Source of the DNA: Candidatus Hodarchaeota archaeon
Lineage (GTDB): Archaea; Asgardarchaeota; Heimdallarchaeia; Hodarchaeales; Hodarchaeaceae
Assembly (NCBI GenBank): GCA_016839815.1
Contig: JAEOTM010000151.1
Location: forward strand, 1 to 18,427
Direction: 5' to 3'
Length of the DNA: 18,427 nucleotides
Part shown: positions 15,818-18,427 of the stretch, one piece after another
Layout of the letters: every line of letters starts with the position of its first letter
Numbering within the stretch: the first letter of the stretch is position 1
Translations under genes and position numbers: made by a program
Notes under the pieces: generated by a model
What the model saw: the letters and a program-made list of their open reading frames with translations, nothing else
What the model was told of the DNA's origin: nothing
Database searches by the model: none

Positions 15818-16588
15818 CTAGCGCTTCCTCCAAGCAACATTACTGTAGAGGATTAAACCAATTCCCAATAGAAGCGTAGATAACATGATACTCAACATTA
15901 TTTGAACGAAGGTTAGTGGATTGTATCCAACCACTTCGGGACTTTCGAGTACATACACAATGGGAGCATAAGCTGCCGTTAATGGGATAATTCGAGATAT
16001 AACCTGCAATTCAGATGGTAATTGGGTGTATGGAATTCCTATTCCAATAAAAAATAACAATAGACTGAATCCTATCCCTAAATGTGTAACAGCCGATTCT
16101 CCATTAATAGTTGATGAAATAATTAAACCAATCCCTGTAGATGCAATAAAAATTAATAGCAGAAAGAAAAATGCTATCACAAGCTCAACGATATTAAATG
16201 TAAATTTCGCACCATAGATGACTCCAACAAGGGAAAGGAAGGCTATACCTATAAAGCTAAAGATTAATGAGGCAAAAATTCTCCCAAGTACTTCTTTAAC
16301 TGGATTAAGAGGCAAGGAAGAAATCTTTCTATAAAGTCCACGTTCTCTATCAGCAACAATAGAACCTGAAAGATTGGATTGCCCAATAATCATAACAGTT
16401 AGAGTTATTTGAGCTAATGTATTTATACCCTTAAGAGTAGGCAAAAATTCTCCAGGAACATCTCCAAAAAATACAACAGGTAGTATCAATATAAATAATA
16501 CTGGAATACCAAAAGTAGATCCAATAATCGCTTTACCTCTCAAATATTCTTTTAATGATCTGTTGTAAGCAGCGTATATTTGATTCAC
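15818..16588 (-). CDS. ABC-2 type exporter permease
   Basis: About 6 TM; DRERGLYRKISSLPL, LPSELQVISRIIPLT; GTG start overlaps the ATPase stop by 4 nt. Confidence 0.9.
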   Translation of the reverse strand: MNQIYAAYNRSLKEYLRGKAIIGSTFGIPVLFILILPVVFFGDVPGEFLPTLKGINTLAQITLTVMIIGQSNLSGSIVADRERGLYRKISSLPLNPVKEVLGRIFASLIFSFIGIAFLSLVGVIYGAKFTFNIVELVIAFFFLLLIFIASTGIGLIISSTINGESAVTHLGIGFSLLLFFIGIGIPYTQLPSELQVISRIIPLTAAYAPIVYVLESPEVVGYNPLTFVQIMLSIMLSTLLLGIGLILYSNVAWRKR

Positions 16589-17535
16589 ATTTCTACCTCC
16601 AGATCATTGCTAGATTCTTGTTGTGTAAGAAAGAAGAAAATATCCTCAAGAGACGCAGGATTCACCTCAACTTTGGCCTCAGGATAGCCATTATCATTCA
16701 GATAACCAATTATTTGGGGAATAATTTCTTCAGGACGTTCACAGTATACCTTATAACCTTCTCCTGTCCCAATTACCCTTCTACCTTTGTTGAAACTCAT
16801 TAATTTCTTATGAATAACTGAATTCTTTGTAGCTAATTTGACATCTATTGCAGTTCTTTCTTTGAATCTTATTTTCAAATTTTTGGGGTCATCTTGTACA
16901 ATTATTTGACCATTCTTCATAAATGCTACCCTTTTAGCTACCCCTGCATCTTCACCAATGTGTGTAACAAGAAAAATAGTTATTCCCTCTCGATTAATTT
17001 CTAGTAATGAACCCAATAACATTTTTCTAGCAGCTGGATCGAAACCTGTAGTTGGTTCGTCTAGAATGAGTAATTTTACGCCAGGTACGAGTGCTGTAGC
17101 TACTTCCAGACGTTTACGCATACCCCCACTGTATTTTGATACGAATTTATCCGCATCTTCTGTAAGTCCCATTTTTTCCAGTATATCATCTACCCATTGT
17201 TTTGCTGTTCGACGATTTAATCCAGAGAGCAGAGCAAAGTAAAAAAGATTCTCTCTCCCTGTTAAACGAGGACTTGAGAAACTTTCTTGAGGTACATACC
17301 CAATTAAGGATTTTACTTCTCTAGGTTCCTCAAAAAGATTACGACCATGAATATTAACTACACCTTTAGTTGTAGGTGTTGTTCCAGTAATGATAGAAAC
17401 TAATGTTGATTTTCCTGACCCATTTGGCCCCATCAAACTAAAAAATTCCCCCTTTTCGATTGTTAAATCTATTGTTTTCAATATAGTTTTTGGGCCATAG
17501 TTTTTTACTAAATTCTTAACGACTATTGCATTCAT
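16585..17535 (-). CDS. ABC-2 (DrrA/multidrug-type) exporter ATP-binding protein
   Basis: GPNGSGKST, GYVPQE, LTGRENL, YSGGMRKRL, LDEPTTGFDP, C-terminal SLEDIF; RBS GGTGAA at 17548-17543. Confidence 0.95.
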   Translation of the reverse strand: MNAIVVKNLVKNYGPKTILKTIDLTIEKGEFFSLMGPNGSGKSTLVSIITGTTPTTKGVVNIHGRNLFEEPREVKSLIGYVPQESFSSPRLTGRENLFYFALLSGLNRRTAKQWVDDILEKMGLTEDADKFVSKYSGGMRKRLEVATALVPGVKLLILDEPTTGFDPAARKMLLGSLLEINREGITIFLVTHIGEDAGVAKRVAFMKNGQIIVQDDPKNLKIRFKERTAIDVKLATKNSVIHKKLMSFNKGRRVIGTGEGYKVYCERPEEIIPQIIGYLNDNGYPEAKVEVNPASLEDIFFFLTQQESSNDLEVEM

Positions 17536-17909
17536 TTACAATTTCACCATAAATTTTCATCTGAAACAATCTTATCACTGATATTTTTAAGATAGGACTA
17601 TTTTCTGTAACGCAGAAACAAACTCTGCAATCCAGAATTAACATTCATCAAATGTATTATCTAAATAATGTAGGAGGATAGATAAAAATGCTAAATTTGC
17701 AAGAAATAATTCACATTTTAGAAATGAAGGCTGTTACATATATAAAACAGGTTTTATGATGATATTTCTTTCTGTGAAAAATTTTCAAGGTGAAAATGTT
17801 CCATTAGTACTAGATGACCACATCTACTGTGGAAAACATGTTTATTTTGTAATACAGAGTAGAGCTTGTTATTATATAGCAGATAGATAATTAGTTAAGC
17901 GTGAGTCCA

Positions 17910-18427
17910 ATGGAAAATCTAGGAAAAATCAGTGAATCTTTCCTGATCATTGATAGGTATTCAGATTATCTTTACCGTAAGGCATGGGGGAAAGTCTTAA
18001 CAATTTGGGGCTTAATATTACCAATAGCAATAGTAATATTTACATTTAATGCTCAAATATCTATCATACTTGATGTAGAAGAGAAGTTTTTACTATTTAT
18101 AACCACAGTTTTAACAATTGTGTTTGGTACTGGTTTAACTCTTTATATCTTTCTCACAGTCCCAAAAGTGAAACTAGGAGTTAAAAAGGAGGAAGATACG
18201 ACTTCTTTCGTTAGTCATTATCATGGAGTAATCTTAGGACTATTGTGGTTTATCTTGTTTCAAATTCCAAATTTTATAATAAAACCTTTCAATATTGTAG
18301 CGTATGTGATAGCAAGTGGTATTGCACTAATAGTTTCCTATGTATTTTTACAAAGAATTCACGGAAAATATAAGGAATTATTTATATCTGGAATAATACT
18401 TCTCGTGTCAGCCATTCCGCTAGTGTT
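17910..18427 (+). CDS. Hypothetical multi-pass membrane protein, partial (runs off the right edge; not in the ORF track)
   Basis: Manual translation MENLGKISESFLIIDRYSDYLYRKAWGKVLTIWGLILPIAIVIF..., open to the window end with at least 5 hydrophobic segments; alternative in-frame GTG at 17901. Confidence 0.8.
   Translation, partial: MENLGKISESFLIIDRYSDYLYRKAWGKVLTIWGLILPIAIVIFTFNAQISIILDVEEKFLLFITTVLTIVFGTGLTLYIFLTVPKVKLGVKKEEDTTSFVSHYHGVILGLLWFILFQIPNFIIKPFNIVAYVIASGIALIVSYVFLQRIHGKYKELFISGIILLVSAIPLV

Noticed and set aside
1428-17242. Short nested or antisense ORFs in the track (1428, 4014, 5136, 7146, 8720, 9859, 11041, 11552, 11556, 11671, 11828, 12314, 12684, 12829, 15042, 15168, 16026, 16555, 16958)
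   Set aside because: All lie within or opposite better-supported genes and have no recognisable motifs; shadow ORFs

Overview
AT-rich archaeal chromosomal window devoted almost entirely to membrane transport. TATA-type promoters, GGTGA/AGGAG ribosome-binding sites and a PGF-type C-terminal anchor point to an archaeon; an Asgard/Heimdallarchaeia-like origin is inference only. Contents in order: a truncated membrane-protein gene (minus strand, left edge); an orphan MacB/FtsX-type ABC permease; a scattered Opp/Dpp (peptide/nickel family) ABC importer, with oppB plus a 4-TM gene on minus, oppCDF on plus and a separately transcribed oppA, interleaved with small unknown membrane/secreted genes; feoAB; an ABC-2 exporter pair; and a truncated membrane-protein gene at the right edge. 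No RNA genes, mobile elements or CRISPR array were found. The main non-obvious signal is a 25-bp promoter module, ATTGC-nnCAwTC-N6-TT(A/T)3AA. It precedes oppB, oppC, an LEA_2-like gene and the MacB-like permease, and is arrayed six times with about 30/90-bp phasing upstream of oppA. OppA itself is circularly permuted and OppC carries an inserted carbohydrate-binding-module-like domain.
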